In this document: piece after piece, positions 46,601 to 56,175 of the stretch
Numbering within the stretch: position 1 is the first letter of the stretch
How the letters are laid out: each line of letters begins with the position of its first letter
Assembly: GCA_945881775.1 (NCBI GenBank)
Contig: CAMCVE010000012.1
Span: 8,073-72,072 of the forward strand
Direction: 5' to 3'
Origin: Bacteriovorax stolpii
GTDB lineage: Bacteria; Bdellovibrionota; UBA2428
DNA length: 64,000 nt
Position numbers and translations under genes: made by a program
The notes under the pieces: model-generated
Databases searched by the model: none
What the model was told of the DNA's origin: nothing
What the model saw: only the letters and a program-made list of their open reading frames with translations

Positions 46601-49062
46601 GCCGTCTACTAGCGATTGTGCTTTGCTTGGCGCTCGGCGCTTGTCAGGCCAAGGCGACAGGTCCGACCGAGTGGTCCAAGAGCTACTACACCTGGACCTC
46701 TCCCCGCGACTGGAGCGATTCTGAATCTGTTTCGCTCGATCTTGAGAACGTTTCCACGGAGTCGTTCTCGCTGAGCGTTGAGATTCGCGATTCCGAAAGT
46801 CGAGACTACTGGAGTCGCTCGAATCTCAGTTTCAATCTGAGGCCCGGCAGACAGATCATCACTTTTCCGACGCGACTCTACGCGGGTGAATCTCTAAGGC
46901 CTGGGCGCGTGCTTGACTCGCGCAACATTGTTTCTGTGATCCTCGCTCGCGGCGACGCCCAGGAGGGGCGGCTCATTCGTTTGCATGCCCTCGGCCTCGA
47001 GGCTGGACTTAAGCTTTCAAAGCGAGGCATCCAGGCTTTTGATTTCGGTCCGGCGGGCTCGTCTGTCATGCCGGGATTTGTCGATGTTTCGGCGGAGCAT
47101 CTCTACACACCTCAGCGAGGATACGGATGGGTGGGAGCGAGGTTCTGGAATCCCTATGCGAGGTCCTGCTGGGTGAGTGGTCCAGATGCTTTGAGCGAAG
47201 ATTGTCTGATGCCTTACGCAGGGGAATTCCGTCTTGATCTGCCTGCGGGTGCCTATGAGCTCGCTCTCGCGATCGATCATCCGGGCCCCTTTTGGGGAGA
47301 GTTTCCGACTTGGGAGCGCAGGCGGGTTTTCGTGAACGGCAAAGCGCTTGTCGATGAGAGCGACGATGCGGCTCAAAGTTTGAAAAGGTACTTTCGCAGC
47401 GAGCAGCTTCTTCCACGAAATGCCGACGAGCTTGCTCTGCACTTCGGGCCGGGTCGTGTGCCCCTGCGTCGCTATGAGATAAATCATGCGGGTGGCCCAC
47501 TCCTCATGGCATTTGAAAACAAGGAATGTCCTGACAAGCCTTGTTTCGGGCTGGCGGTGTCGGCGCTTCTTGTGGCGCCCCAAGGAAAGCTCCGGCCCTT
47601 TCTTACTGAACTCGAGGCACTTCGTCGTGCCGATTTTGCTCAGCGTTTTCGATGGGTCCCCTCAAAGCCAAGGGGCGCTCCTGCCGAGAAGTTGCCGGAG
47701 CTTGTGGCCTCGACGACAGAACGGGATCAGGTGCTTGCAGAATTTGCTTTCGCGAAAGCGGCTCACGATTTGCGACTCGTTGTACATTCGGCTGACCCGC
47801 AGGTAGTGAAGTCTCTCAGCGCAAGTTGGGTGCAGCCTCGAATGCGTCGCCTTGATCCTTTGGGAACTTCGGTGGGACTTATCGACGATCTCGTGGTCCA
47901 GTCTTCCACCGCCCGCGCCGATGCCGGACAGGTGCTTGGAGCGCTTGTAGAGTGGAAGCCGGAAGCTCTCGAGGCGTCGAAGCGTCATCAGGCCGATTTG
48001 CGAGTGCTCGGACCCCAGGGAGAGATTCTCGCGACGCGGAGTCTCTCGCTACGCGTGAGGGCGAAGTCGCTTTCATCTGTTCCATTTGCGCTGGGTCCCT
48101 TTGGCCATGAGATTCTCGAACGGTGGTGGCCTGAGATCCAGTCCACGCCCCGACTTCAGGCGCTCCGGCGACAAAGTCTCGATCTGATGCGCTCCATCGG
48201 GCTTACGGGTTTTTCCTTTGAGCCCCGGATTGTTGTGAAAGGAAAGAGTTTTGATTTCTCGGAGATAACTCAGGTCATGGAAGAGGCGAGGGCTCGCGGT
48301 TTTGTCGCGCTGCTGGGCTATGGGGCTGTCTTCCGAGACGAAGACGCCTGTCATTCCAAACGAAGCAAGGCGGATTGGTCGCGTTTATTCACGCAACTTG
48401 AAGAAGAGTCGCTTCAGAAAAACTGGTTGCCCCTCACTTTGGTCATGTGTGACGAGCCCGAGGGAGATGAGCTCGGCAGAGTCTTGACGTGGGTTAACTC
48501 GCTGCCGGTGCGCTCCAAAAACGCACGAGTGAAATGGAGTGTGAGCACTCACATCGAAAAAGGCAGCAGTTCAGAGCACAAGTCGCTTGCGGGCAAGACG
48601 CCCACGGCACTCCTAGCGGATTTTGAAAACTCTGAGCTTAAAGGTCCCTGGATCTTCTACAACAACCTGAGTCGCTGGAACTTTGGCTACCGGACATGGG
48701 CCCTCTTTGAGGCCGGAGGTCTCGAGGCTCGCTTTGCATGGACTTGGAACCAGAACGCCGCAGATCCCTTCAATCCTTTGGATGCGCGCGAAGATGACTA
48801 TCGTTGGTGCACGAGCCTCGCCTCGTCGCAGCTCGCCTGCACTCTCGAGTTCTACCAGAAGGTCTCTCGTGGGGTGCAAGACATTCGTCGGGCCTTGACG
48901 CTTCAGCTTGTGGCCAATGATTCGCGGAGTCAGCGCCGCGCTGAAGCGCAGAAGCTCTTGAACGAAATTCGCTCGAAAATTTCGAGTAAGTCCCTCGATG
49001 ACAGCGTGCTCGCAACATGGACCGATCGCGCGGAAACACTTCTTCGCGAATCGGGCTTCTAG
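46597..49062 (+). CDS. Large lipoprotein, putative carbohydrate-active enzyme
   Basis: Lipobox LALGAC; carbohydrate-binding-like beta domains (AFDFGPAGS..MPGF...RGYGW); C-terminal CDEP and RGVQD motifs reminiscent of GH123-like barrels. Confidence 0.6.
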   Translation: MSRLLAIVLCLALGACQAKATGPTEWSKSYYTWTSPRDWSDSESVSLDLENVSTESFSLSVEIRDSESRDYWSRSNLSFNLRPGRQIITFPTRLYAGESLRPGRVLDSRNIVSVILARGDAQEGRLIRLHALGLEAGLKLSKRGIQAFDFGPAGSSVMPGFVDVSAEHLYTPQRGYGWVGARFWNPYARSCWVSGPDALSEDCLMPYAGEFRLDLPAGAYELALAIDHPGPFWGEFPTWERRRVFVNGKALVDESDDAAQSLKRYFRSEQLLPRNADELALHFGPGRVPLRRYEINHAGGPLLMAFENKECPDKPCFGLAVSALLVAPQGKLRPFLTELEALRRADFAQRFRWVPSKPRGAPAEKLPELVASTTERDQVLAEFAFAKAAHDLRLVVHSADPQVVKSLSASWVQPRMRRLDPLGTSVGLIDDLVVQSSTARADAGQVLGALVEWKPEALEASKRHQADLRVLGPQGEILATRSLSLRVRAKSLSSVPFALGPFGHEILERWWPEIQSTPRLQALRRQSLDLMRSIGLTGFSFEPRIVVKGKSFDFSEITQVMEEARARGFVALLGYGAVFRDEDACHSKRSKADWSRLFTQLEEESLQKNWLPLTLVMCDEPEGDELGRVLTWVNSLPVRSKNARVKWSVSTHIEKGSSSEHKSLAGKTPTALLADFENSELKGPWIFYNNLSRWNFGYRTWALFEAGGLEARFAWTWNQNAADPFNPLDAREDDYRWCTSLASSQLACTLEFYQKVSRGVQDIRRALTLQLVANDSRSQRRAEAQKLLNEIRSKISSKSLDDSVLATWTDRAETLLRESGF

Positions 49063-49070
49063 ACGAGGCC

Positions 49071-50138
49071 TCAGCCCAAAAGAGTTTTCGCGAGAAATTT
49101 GGCCGAACGCAGTCCACCCGGATCTGCGGCTCGCGCCCAATGCGAGCTGATTGCTCGTCCTCTAATCTTGGGGTGATGCTTGGCTATCGCATGACAAGCT
49201 TGCCACCATCTCAGCGAGAGGGATTTGTCCCAAGCCCTTGAATCAAAAAGACGGGTCTTCTCATTGGCCTCGCGAAGCTCTTGAAGACATTTTTCTGCGA
49301 GATCGAGAAAAGCGGGGTCTGCGGGAAGATCGAGACGTCCGAGTCTCGAGTGGGTGGCGAAGTTTTCTCCGCTTGGAGCGAGGCCTAAGGATTCTCTCCA
49401 GGCGGCACGGATGCGGTCTGCGATTTCGCGCTGCTTGACGTTTTCGCGTTGGCTCACCGAGCTTTGGTGCAGGCGCACTTCCTGGAGGGGTTCTTGGAGA
49501 CTGCGCATTTTGTGGCCGCGCTTAGCAAGGCGAGACCACAGTTCGTAGTCCTCGGCGTGCGGAAACTGGGCGTCGTAGAGGGCGGGATTTCCAAAGGCAT
49601 CTTTGGTGGTGATTGAATCCAGAACTTCGCGACGAAGCATGGCACTGCCATGACCGAGCGACGAGTAGAAGGGCAAGGTGGCGTGCATATCTTCTGATCG
49701 GGCGGGGTGCCGAAGGGGAGCTCTGGTGACATGTCCCCAGTTATTCTCAGACGAGAAAAAACGAATGCCAGTTCCGAGCACAGCGAGATCTTCTTCTTTG
49801 TTCAGAGCTTCGAGTTGTTTTCGCAGACGCTCGGGGTGGGCGCGGTCGTCGGCGTCCATGCGGGCGAGGAACTTGCCTTGAGCGAGCGCGCAGGCGTGAT
49901 TGAGCGTCGAAATGAGTCCTCGATTCTCGGGATTGCTTGCCACTTTGAGGCGAGGGTCTCTCAGGCTACCGAGCTTTTCGAGGGTGTTGTCACGGGAGGC
50001 ATCGTTGACCACGATCACCTCGATCGTTTCATAGCTTTGCGCCAAAAGGCTTTGAACGGCCTCGAGGACCCAGGGTCCGGCATTGAATGCGGGCAGCAGA
50101 ACAGAAACTAGGGGTGGCGTGTCTTGGGGTGATCTCAT
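49071..50138 (-). CDS. Glycosyltransferase family 2
   Basis: VSVLLPAFNA, VNDASRD, ARMDADD and AEDYELW. Confidence 0.92.
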   Translation of the reverse strand: MRSPQDTPPLVSVLLPAFNAGPWVLEAVQSLLAQSYETIEVIVVNDASRDNTLEKLGSLRDPRLKVASNPENRGLISTLNHACALAQGKFLARMDADDRAHPERLRKQLEALNKEEDLAVLGTGIRFFSSENNWGHVTRAPLRHPARSEDMHATLPFYSSLGHGSAMLRREVLDSITTKDAFGNPALYDAQFPHAEDYELWSRLAKRGHKMRSLQEPLQEVRLHQSSVSQRENVKQREIADRIRAAWRESLGLAPSGENFATHSRLGRLDLPADPAFLDLAEKCLQELREANEKTRLFDSRAWDKSLSLRWWQACHAIAKHHPKIRGRAISSHWARAADPGGLRSAKFLAKTLLG

Positions 50139-50231
50139 AATTCAATAAAAACGATATTTTAAGTATAGGCCTGCTCAGAGATAAAACAAGCTCTAGGAGG
50201 TTATGACGCGATGTGTTATAAGGGGGCGCTC

Positions 50232-51239
50232 ATGAACCTCAAATTCATCAAATCCAAGGCCCTTGTGCTGGCAACTTTGGCGATGCTCGCGGGCGCTTGT
50301 GCTTCGAAACCGCAACGCTTTTCGGGTTCAGCCGACAGTGAAGCCAGTTCCAAAGATCTTCGCAAAGACAGCGCGCCGTCGAAGGCGCCGCGAGTGAATA
50401 AGGACGCTGTCTATCCTGGGTATTCGATTCGCCTCACAAGTCTCGATGATCGCAAGCTCAATGGCCAGTTTCGGATTCGCTTCGATGGGAGCCTTCCTCT
50501 TCCGTACAATATTGTCCTGAACAAGGTCGACGGCATGACTCTTCCTGAATTGACCGAAATGATTCGCGAACGCTACCGGCCCTTTTTCACGGGAGCGGTC
50601 CAGATCGAAGTCTCCCTGGCAGAGCGCCGCGTGTGGCTCGATGTGCGTGGTTTGGTCATGAAGCCAGGAAAACAACTTGTCTCCACTGATGCAGGCCTTG
50701 ACGAGCTGATTGCTCTCGCCGGTGGGCTGCAGCCAAATTCTCAAGCGAGCGAAGTTTTTGTGAAACGTGCCGACGGTTCGGAGTCCTCATTTGGTCTGGC
50801 GCGCGTCTATGAAATGAGCCGTGGTATCGGTCCCTGGTCTGGCGGCGAAACGGTGTTCTTCCGTCCAGCGGAAGGTTCAAGCCTCTTTAGAGATAAGGAT
50901 CTGGAGTCGCGCTCGGTGCAAATTCTTGGCGAAGTTCGCAAACCTGGTCTTATTCTCTTTCGCTCGGAAGCTGACTTTCTCTATTACTTAACGCGCGCCG
51001 AAGGACCCACCGCAGCTGCAGACTTAGAGCGCATCGATGTGGTTCGCGGAGGCATCCCCAATGCTCAGGCCATCCAGGTCAAGTGGAGCGAGATCAATGA
51101 ACTCCCTGCTCTGCAACCTGGGGACATCGTGATCTTGCGCGCACGCGAGCCCTCGTGGTGGACCGAAAAAGCCCTTCCCGTTATTTCGAGCGTCTCAACG
51201 GTGCTTGGTACAATCCTGCTCGGAATCATCGTCTTGTGA
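50232..51239 (+). CDS. wza: Polysaccharide export lipoprotein (Wza/OPX, SLBB domains)
   Basis: Lipobox LAGAC, Poly_export segment FDGSLPLPY, SLBB repeats (GLVMKPG, GEVRKPG, LQPGD) and a C-terminal helix. Confidence 0.82.
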   Translation: MNLKFIKSKALVLATLAMLAGACASKPQRFSGSADSEASSKDLRKDSAPSKAPRVNKDAVYPGYSIRLTSLDDRKLNGQFRIRFDGSLPLPYNIVLNKVDGMTLPELTEMIRERYRPFFTGAVQIEVSLAERRVWLDVRGLVMKPGKQLVSTDAGLDELIALAGGLQPNSQASEVFVKRADGSESSFGLARVYEMSRGIGPWSGGETVFFRPAEGSSLFRDKDLESRSVQILGEVRKPGLILFRSEADFLYYLTRAEGPTAAADLERIDVVRGGIPNAQAIQVKWSEINELPALQPGDIVILRAREPSWWTEKALPVISSVSTVLGTILLGIIVL

Positions 51240-51249
51240 GGAAATGAAT

Positions 51250-51882
51250 ATGAATCTCATCCACTCCACACCTGCCACCTCCACAAGTGAAACGCGCGGT
51301 GCCGTTCAAAAGATGCTCCAGTACATGGAGATGAGACGCTGCATCGACCGCATTTTCGACCGGGTTGATTCGCCGAGGATTGTGGCTGTCACGAGTCTCG
51401 TGCCGGGAGAGGGTAAGACCACTTTTTGTCTCGCAGCCGCTTGGAGCCTCGCGGAACGTTTGGGTCGTAAGGTTCTTGTCGTTGATACGGCCAACATGGT
51501 GCGCTCAAAGTCGACCATCTTAAGCGACGTTTGCGGCGTCGAAATGGATCGTCCGTTTGAGGTTCAGAAAGTCCAAGGTGGTCCCGCATCGATGTCCTAC
51601 ACCTGGATACCTCCGTCGATGGGAAGCACCCGCGCTCTCAAGTCTCAAATCGAAAGACTTTCTGCGGATTTCGATGTTGTGATTATGGACACTGTCGCGC
51701 TGAGCATCAGCAGTCGACTCGAGAACGATCCCCTCGAAATGGCTTCGGTGGCCAATGCCATGGTCTTAGTGCGTGGTGAGACGCGCATCGAGCTCGATGC
51801 CAACATAAAGCTCGAAGAACTTCAAAATGCTGGTGTGCGAGTGCTGGGAATTGTGGCCAATCGCTTCGGGGGTGTGGCTTGA
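51250..51882 (+). CDS. Stand-alone BY-kinase/CpsD-like P-loop ATPase
   Basis: VAVTSLVPGEGKTT, VLVVD, FDVVIMDT and VLGIVANR. Confidence 0.8.
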   Translation: MNLIHSTPATSTSETRGAVQKMLQYMEMRRCIDRIFDRVDSPRIVAVTSLVPGEGKTTFCLAAAWSLAERLGRKVLVVDTANMVRSKSTILSDVCGVEMDRPFEVQKVQGGPASMSYTWIPPSMGSTRALKSQIERLSADFDVVIMDTVALSISSRLENDPLEMASVANAMVLVRGETRIELDANIKLEELQNAGVRVLGIVANRFGGVA

Positions 51883-53027
51883 GTTCTGTCTCCGGTGGAG
51901 TCGATGTTCGTGAAATTTTCGCGGTTATTCGTCGCTCGCGCAAGATGGTGGGCCTAATCGTCGGAATTTGCGTTCTCATTTTTGCCGTTGCTTCGCTCGT
52001 GGCTCCGAAGCGCTACAAGTCGGTCGGGCTTGTGGGCATTCAAACCGACTATTTCCGCTATCCTCTGATCGAGGAATTTGTCCCCGCTCCTCAAGACATC
52101 AGCGAACTCGCTTCGCGCCGCGATGCGCTCATTCGTGCCGCGCTCTCGGATCAGTTCCTCGAACCCATGGGACGCAAGTTAGGACTCGTGAAATCTCCCA
52201 AAGGGTCGCCGTCCGCTGAAATTGAAATCGAGTACCTTCGCAACCGCTTTGAGTACTACCCGCTCTCTCTCTCAACGATTCAGGTCGTATTTTCGGGAAC
52301 CAATGCGCGCTCAACTCAGGAATCCGTCGACCAGGCGATGCAGCAAATTCTTGCGGTCTTCGCGCAGCAGCGACGTGAGCGCATTCAACATGCCCGCGAC
52401 AATATCCAAACTCAGATTGAGTCGATGGCTCTTCAACAAGATCCTTCGAGTTCCTTGCAGGCGATCGGCAAGCCTGAACTGATTCAGTCCGAAATTGGTC
52501 GCATCGAAGCCGAAACAGAAATGATGAAGTCCAGACTCTCCGCGCGGCACCCCACGGTTCTTGCTCTCGTGCGTCGGGCGGAAACCCTGAAGCGCAATTT
52601 GAAGGCTGCCACGGGATCTGTCACGTCCTCGGCGCGGATGCCTCTGCTTGTGGGTGGAAGTCCGCAAAAAGCTTTTAACGAAGTCTATGAGGGCATGGTC
52701 AAGAAGCTTGCGTACCTGAACGTGGCGCTCGAGTTCGAGAGCGATCCGCGTTCTTCTTACGTGAGCGTGCTTCAGCCAGCGAGTTACCCCATCGGAGCGT
52801 CGTGGCCCAATCGTCCCCTCTTTCTTATTTGGGGTCTTCTGATCGGACTCGTACTTGCGGGTCTCGCGCTCACGGGCCTCGAGTTCTTTACGCTCAGTTC
52901 GACTCACGGGCGCCGTCTTGCAGATAGAACGGGTCTTCCTCTGCTTGGGGAAATGCCCACACTTCCTAAATCCTCTTCTGAATCTAAGACCGATTCCAAA
53001 GTGAAGTTGCCTGAGCAACCGCTATGA
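51879..53027 (+). CDS. Polysaccharide co-polymerase (Wzz/GumC/Wzc N-terminal-like)
   Basis: Two TM segments flanking a periplasmic coiled coil, HPTV, P..ASWPNR and GLPLLGEMP. Confidence 0.82.
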   Translation: MSSVSGGVDVREIFAVIRRSRKMVGLIVGICVLIFAVASLVAPKRYKSVGLVGIQTDYFRYPLIEEFVPAPQDISELASRRDALIRAALSDQFLEPMGRKLGLVKSPKGSPSAEIEIEYLRNRFEYYPLSLSTIQVVFSGTNARSTQESVDQAMQQILAVFAQQRRERIQHARDNIQTQIESMALQQDPSSSLQAIGKPELIQSEIGRIEAETEMMKSRLSARHPTVLALVRRAETLKRNLKAATGSVTSSARMPLLVGGSPQKAFNEVYEGMVKKLAYLNVALEFESDPRSSYVSVLQPASYPIGASWPNRPLFLIWGLLIGLVLAGLALTGLEFFTLSSTHGRRLADRTGLPLLGEMPTLPKSSSESKTDSKVKLPEQPL

Positions 53028-54442
53028 CCCTGCAACTTGCTTACGTCATCGCGATGATCGAGCAAGTCGGATTTGGACTCTTGGTCGTCGCCCTGGTTTT
53101 TGTTTGTTGGGATGATATCAAGCGTGGTCTTTTAGGTCTGCGTTCTCCCGGGACCTTTGCTCCTGTTGCGATTTTTGTTGGAGTCGGTGTTTCTGTGACC
53201 GGATTCATGGCCCTTAACTGGGACCTTTTGCCTCTCGCCATTTCCATCGGTGCCGCGGCTGTCTTTGGACTGCTTTCGACGCGTTTTGCACTTTGTTTTT
53301 CGGTGGGTGCTCTGCTTCTGAGACCCTGGGAAGTTTTACCAGAAAACGACTTTCTCGGCGTGCTGCCGCGTGGCCTTGCGCTCCTCTTAGTCGGAACAGG
53401 TCTGCTAAGGCTTCGCGGCACGCGAGATTGGCGCTTGCTTGTGACGCCTGAGGACGGAGCCGTACTGGGATTTGCTTTTGTGAGCTATCTCTCCACATTT
53501 GTGGCTCCTTCTCTTTTTAATTCTCAAGCCGATTGGATGCTTACATTTTCCAAGTCGCTCATGATCTTCGTGTTGATTCGTCTCTTCGCGCGCCGGAAGT
53601 CCGACGTGGCTGCTTTGTGTCTCACGCTCGGGATCGTTGGAATGACGCTTGTCGCGATCACCTTGTACCGCATGGAGGCCGACCCTCGGCTCGGACAGAC
53701 GGGCGCGCGTGCGGATCTTTTTGGACTCATAGGAGACCCTAATGATTTGGCTGCGACGCTTCTTCTTGCGGCGCCACTTCTTATGGGTGAGCTCAGACAC
53801 TGGATTCCCCTCAAGGCTGTGCGCATGGCGATCATCGCTGCTTTGTCTGTTCTCTCAATATGGGTGATTGTTCAGACGCAGTCCCGCGGAGCCTTTATCG
53901 GGGTTCTTGCAGCCATGGCTGCGCTCCTGTTCGTCGCTCTGAGAACTCCGAAGCGACTGCTCCTCGCGCTTCCGCTGATTCTGGCTTTGTCGGGAGGTCT
54001 ATTGTTCCGAACGATTCAACGAAGCGAGTCGGACCTTTCATCTTCGAGTTCGAGTCGAATGGCTTACTGGGTGGCGGGTTGGAGAATGGCGATTCGGCAT
54101 CCTCTCACAGGTGTTGGCTACGGGGCTTATCCACTGCGCTTCGAGGAGTACGCAGACTCTGACAAAGTCGAAGGCAAGCTTCGCACGGCGCATTCGACGT
54201 GGGTTCTAGCCCTTGCTGAGACGGGGCTCCTCGGCGGAGCTCTGCTCGTGCTGGCGGTGATCGGGTCGTTTTTTCGTGTTTTCAAAAGACGCTTCGATGA
54301 GCCCGCCGTTTTTGTGGCGTTTGTCGGGTATTTCGCGGCAGCGACTTTTCTTTCGCACACCTACCTGTTGCACCCCTACCTTTTGATCGGAATTGCATTG
54401 TGCGCTCGTGATGAGCGTCCCGAGGAGCTTAGGATTTTGTGA
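53024..54442 (+). CDS. O-antigen ligase/Wzy-like polymerase
   Basis: Multi-TM protein with DPNDLA, TQSRGA, HPLTGVGYG and AHSTWVLALAETGLLG. Confidence 0.85.
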   Translation: MTLQLAYVIAMIEQVGFGLLVVALVFVCWDDIKRGLLGLRSPGTFAPVAIFVGVGVSVTGFMALNWDLLPLAISIGAAAVFGLLSTRFALCFSVGALLLRPWEVLPENDFLGVLPRGLALLLVGTGLLRLRGTRDWRLLVTPEDGAVLGFAFVSYLSTFVAPSLFNSQADWMLTFSKSLMIFVLIRLFARRKSDVAALCLTLGIVGMTLVAITLYRMEADPRLGQTGARADLFGLIGDPNDLAATLLLAAPLLMGELRHWIPLKAVRMAIIAALSVLSIWVIVQTQSRGAFIGVLAAMAALLFVALRTPKRLLLALPLILALSGGLLFRTIQRSESDLSSSSSSRMAYWVAGWRMAIRHPLTGVGYGAYPLRFEEYADSDKVEGKLRTAHSTWVLALAETGLLGGALLVLAVIGSFFRVFKRRFDEPAVFVAFVGYFAAATFLSHTYLLHPYLLIGIALCARDERPEELRIL

Positions 54443-56052
54443 TGTCAAAGAGAAGTTGGTCGCGTGGTGTTTTGTTGCTAATTTTCATGGGGACGACCTC
54501 TTTTGCTCACGCTGCTTCAGAGGCCACATGGAAGATCAAAAAAGCGCAGTGGTCTGCGGCCGATGATAAGGCGTATTCCGACTTCATCCAAAAGCTCGGT
54601 GAAAGCTCCTGCTCGACGACGGGTGCCTGTCTGGACAGCGAAGCCAACCCCTACCGCGCGCGCAATCCGAGCTTTGTGAAGTCGGTGTCTTCGGACTGTT
54701 CGCGTTTTCCGTATCTTTTGAGACTCTACTTTGCGTTCATGAACGATCTGCCATTCTCGTACGTGGCTAAGGTTTCTGCTCTAGGGAGATCGGGCGACAT
54801 TGCTCAGTCTCCAGAGGGCAATACCGTTGTCGCGCGTCGTTCAATCAAAGGTGGAATCACGCTTCGCAAAGCGGTTTCCGAGATGATGTCTCTGACCTCA
54901 TCGGGGATGTACCGAATTTCCCCGCGCGAAGATGTGAAGTCAAAAAATGTATTCCCCGATTTCTATCCCGTGGCTCTCGAGCGATCCGCCATACGACCCG
55001 GGACTTTGATCTATGATCCCAACGGCCATGTCGCGATGGTTTACAAGGTCGATCCGTTTGGAAGAGTGCGTTTCATGGACGCGCATCCCGACAATTCCAT
55101 CACGCGTGGCACCTATGGCGAGCGTTTTGCGCGTAGCCGCCCGGCGCTCGCTGCGGGCCTTAAAAACTGGCGTCCGATCACACTCACCACGTCCGGCGAT
55201 ATTGTCGGCGCTAAGAATGCGGAGATCTCAGACTACAGCCTCATTCAGTATACGGGAACGCATCCCTCCACGGATCCCGAATGGGAATGGAGGCAGAACC
55301 GTTTTGTGGTCGAGGGAGTGGACTTTGAGTTTTACGACTACTTGCGCTTGAAGCTTGCTGAGAAAAAGTTTCGCTTTGATCCCATCCAAGAGACGCGCGA
55401 CTTGCTTGAGGGGCTGTGTTTCGATTTGCGGGACCGGGTCGAATCCGTTCAGGAAGCTCTTCAGAATGGCATTGCCGACAAGGAACATCCCGCGATGATC
55501 CCTGCAAACATCTATGGGAGCGAGGGCGAGTGGGGAGTCTTCTCGACGCCCTCGCGAGATGCGCGGCTCAAGTTGGCTTTCCTTGAAACTGAGCGGAAGT
55601 TGAAGCAATTTCTTCAGCTCGTCGCGGTCTCCTCAGACCGCGTGATTTACAGCGGCGGAGTCGAAGACTTGCGTCTCGAAATGCGTGCACTGGTTGAGGC
55701 TTCCCACGAGTCGTGTCGCTTGAGCTATCGGAATTCGCGCGGCGATGAGCAGAGCTTCGGAATTGCTGACATTGAGGGACGCCTCTGGGATTTGTCTTTT
55801 GATCCCTATCATTGCCCTGAACTTCGTTGGGGAGCCCGAGACGTTGAGCTCGAGTCGTGCCGCGATTCGAGCTTGAAGCGCGAATGGTACGACGCCGAGA
55901 TCCAGCTTCGAGCCCGTGTGGATCGAGGCGAGCCCGTCCGAGGGCGGGACAGATCGCTCTCGGATCTCTGGAACGAGGTCCGCCAGGGACCGGATTCTCG
56001 TCCCGCACGGGTTGATTTCCTGAAAGCCATCGAAACAGGTGGTGGGATATAG
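54439..56052 (+). CDS. Secreted hypothetical protein, possible NlpC/P60-like cysteine hydrolase
   Basis: Signal peptide; DCSRFPY...YDPNGHVAMV...FMDAHPD; start overlaps the Wzy-like stop. Confidence 0.65.
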   Translation: MMSKRSWSRGVLLLIFMGTTSFAHAASEATWKIKKAQWSAADDKAYSDFIQKLGESSCSTTGACLDSEANPYRARNPSFVKSVSSDCSRFPYLLRLYFAFMNDLPFSYVAKVSALGRSGDIAQSPEGNTVVARRSIKGGITLRKAVSEMMSLTSSGMYRISPREDVKSKNVFPDFYPVALERSAIRPGTLIYDPNGHVAMVYKVDPFGRVRFMDAHPDNSITRGTYGERFARSRPALAAGLKNWRPITLTTSGDIVGAKNAEISDYSLIQYTGTHPSTDPEWEWRQNRFVVEGVDFEFYDYLRLKLAEKKFRFDPIQETRDLLEGLCFDLRDRVESVQEALQNGIADKEHPAMIPANIYGSEGEWGVFSTPSRDARLKLAFLETERKLKQFLQLVAVSSDRVIYSGGVEDLRLEMRALVEASHESCRLSYRNSRGDEQSFGIADIEGRLWDLSFDPYHCPELRWGARDVELESCRDSSLKREWYDAEIQLRARVDRGEPVRGRDRSLSDLWNEVRQGPDSRPARVDFLKAIETGGGI

Positions 56053-56109
56053 GCTTAAATATCCGAATTAATTTAATTTAATTAAAGGACGAAACAGGCC
56101 TATAAAACA

Positions 56110-56139
56110 TTGACGCGGTGCAGCTTAGTCCGGTATAAG
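56110..56139 (+). promoter_or_regulatory. Putative sigma70 promoter for tolC
   Basis: TTGACG (56110-56115), an 18-bp spacer, then TATAAG (56134-56139), with an AT-rich TTAAT-repeat tract upstream at 56068-56085. Confidence 0.45.
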
Positions 56140-56175
56140 GGACACCGCAAAGCTCTCTACAAAAAAGGAAGTGCC

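Noticed and set aside
56066-56086. AT-rich TTAAT repeat as an origin unwinding element or mobile-element end
   Set aside because: Very short, with no DnaA boxes or transposase nearby; more likely an UP element or operator for tolC.
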